A stretch of 62,594 nt of DNA, the filler included, from Rhabdomonas costata (lineage: Eukaryota), in the NCBI GenBank assembly GCA_019059605.1. It is 33 parts of 33 records of this genome, joined end to end, with 100 filler letters (N's around TTAATTAATTAA, not from the genome) between each part and the next. Parts side by side here need not be neighbours in the genome. Positions count along the whole stretch, not along the records: positions 60,797 to 62,594 come from JAHMHO010008879.1; 32 more parts are not named here. One strand, 5' to 3'. Position numbers and translations under genes: made by a program. This document shows, piece by piece, positions 60,841 to 62,594 of this stretch (positions are counted from its first letter, which is position 1; each line of letters opens with the position of its first letter). A model generated the notes under the pieces. The model was not told the DNA's origin, searched no databases, and saw only the letters and a list, made by a program, of their open reading frames with translations.

Positions 60841-60978
60841 CTGGAGCACTCCAGAGAGCTCCTCCACCGAGGAAACCGCGGCCTGGTTCAGGGTGGTCCA
60901 CAGGCCTCCCGTGAAGGCCCCAGTGAAGGCCAGCACGGTGACGGCAAAGCATATCCAGAGTGGCAGGGTGCAAAGCAT
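60841..60978 (-). CDS. First exon of a membrane sensor-like protein (N-terminal TM helix)
   Basis: MLCTLPLWICFAVTVLAFTGAFTGGLWTTLNQAAVSSVEELSGVLQ|GT: a TM helix followed by SVxxL, as in Cache-domain receptor cyclases/kinases (inference). Confidence 0.5.
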
Positions 60979-62229
60979 TCCAGCGGGAATGGTAAAAACG
61001 AATGCAAGCTGAGAAGAAAACCGGGGCAATACTGCCGTGCGGTGACGTTAGCTGTAGGTTTTCGCTTCTGAGTATCGGCATAGGGCGGGCAATATCGTTG
61101 CAACGGAGTTAATGTAAATATACGAAAACGATGGCCGAAAGTGCGAACAAGCGCGTCCTGACTTTGAGACCACGCGCGGTAGCGAGGACTGCGACTCACA
61201 TATATGCTACAGTGGCCGTCACACAAGCCGAAGCAACACAGTGACGCGCTTTTCCCGACTTCAACACGATGTCTACTTCGTTTTAAAGAAAAAATAAGAC
61301 AACTTTACTGCCGCTTTATCCCCGTTCTTCGCGGTCCTTTGGGGGTCCCGAACATTGAATATTTTTCGTGAAGGTATTGTGGTTCGAAATATGGCGGACT
61401 CACCCAGACATCTGAAAAACATCGGTAAATTGAAAAAAAGGAAACGGAACATTACGGCGCTTTGAACGTAAAAGAATAAAATTTACAGTTGAGGTTTACA
61501 CCGGAAGACATTTTATTATCTACTCTCTGCTAGCCCAAAACCTGACTTTTCGGTAACACGTTTCTCATCTCTCCCTCTTGAGGTGACACGGGCAATATTG
61601 TCCCCTCAGTTTCAAAAGTGAGAACTGAGAGATTTTGTCCAAAAGAGACCGTTTCGGACTAAAAAGAAAAAGAAAAAAAAGAAAACTTTTTTAACCGAAA
61701 TGAGACATCTGTTCCCGCATTTGTTTCACGTGCTTCCTGATTGGATGTCAAGAATTCTCACTTCTGATGTGAAGCGAACCGTATATAAATCGTCGATTTT
61801 TGTAAAGGAGCTTTTTCCGTTAGCTAGTTCACCCCCCCCCCATAACCTGGGGGGCTGAACTGAAGGATACGGAGACTTGAAGGGGGAAGATGGTAGCTGT
61901 AACATTGCAGCAGAGCATTCACAGCAAACGTACAAACTGAGGGTGACCAGTCTAAAGTTAAATCGCTCAGGCACACCATGCAAATCATCACAACCACCAC
62001 CAGACCTTTCCACCGCATGGTTCATGCAGACACACATTCGGAAGGCATCACGCGCAACATCCGCGTGTGCACACATGTGCGATTGTATGTAAGTGGTTGT
62101 ATATGTTTTCTTTTACAACAGCCACGGGATTTGAGGACTCTGCCCCCCCCCCCTCATTTCTATCAAAGGAAGCCAACTTTCCCTACCCACGCAGGAAACA
62201 CAGCAGACGAGTACAGAGCCCTGCAGTCC

Positions 62230-62453
62230 TTAGGCTGAGGCTGAGAACTCGGGGGTCTCGTATGGGAGGCCGTAGCGGGACCGGAACACAGGGTTCAGGA
62301 CCCTCAGGATATCTCGCGCTTGCTCTGCGGCACCTCCCTGGGAAGCTGTGGGATGAGCCCACTGGTCGCTGCCGCCACCACCGCCACCGCCACCATAGGA
62401 CGACGATAGTGTCGCAGAGGCCTTTTGGGAGCTGCCGAAGGGGGGGGGACGCC
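62230..62453 (-). CDS. Possible terminal exon of an unknown protein
   Basis: cag| acceptor and a GC-rich open frame with a poly-Gly tract, ending at a stop. Confidence 0.35.
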
Positions 62454-62594
62454 CTGGCAACGCAGTTGCTCCTTTCCCCCATTACTCCAGTACAATGCTG
62501 AGCAGTGGGAGCAGCCAGCCCGTTATTCGCAAATAAATAAATGAAATATCACCACAACTACTATTTCGCTCATCGCCTGGCTCAACACCACAAC

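Overview
This window is not one locus. It is 33 unrelated ~1.8-kb contigs joined by identical 100-nt spacers (N44-TTAATTAATTAA-N44), so synteny across spacers means nothing. The DNA is intron-dense eukaryotic nuclear sequence, most likely from a euglenid/euglenozoan (inference from a kinetoplastid-like Sam50 C-terminus, very degenerate GT donors and candidate trans-splice acceptors). It was probably whole-genome-amplified: GenomePlex-type primer remnants and fold-back hairpins sit at contig ends. Manual splicing recovers fragments of Sam50, a signal-peptide-bearing NodU/TobZ-type carbamoyltransferase, an ABCG transporter, NEMF/Rqc2, a CAX exchanger, two response-regulator receiver domains, a CIPK/SNF1-like kinase, an NRPS adenylation domain with a Pro-type code, uridine kinase, an F-box-like protein, a bacterial-type spondin domain, a bacterial-type MtnA, a membrane-anchored clan GH-A glycosidase, eIF4E, a UCP-like mitochondrial carrier, several hypothetical exons and a decayed non-LTR-like element. 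The most notable signals are: (1) a frame-obligate 77-nt non-GT/GC intron in NEMF with euglenid nonconventional-intron geometry; (2) the secretory carbamoyltransferase; (3) intron-containing genes of bacterial type (NRPS, MtnA, spondin); (4) a repeat family shared by two contigs in permuted order. No rRNA, tRNA or CRISPR was seen. All family calls come from motif recognition by eye, not from database searches.
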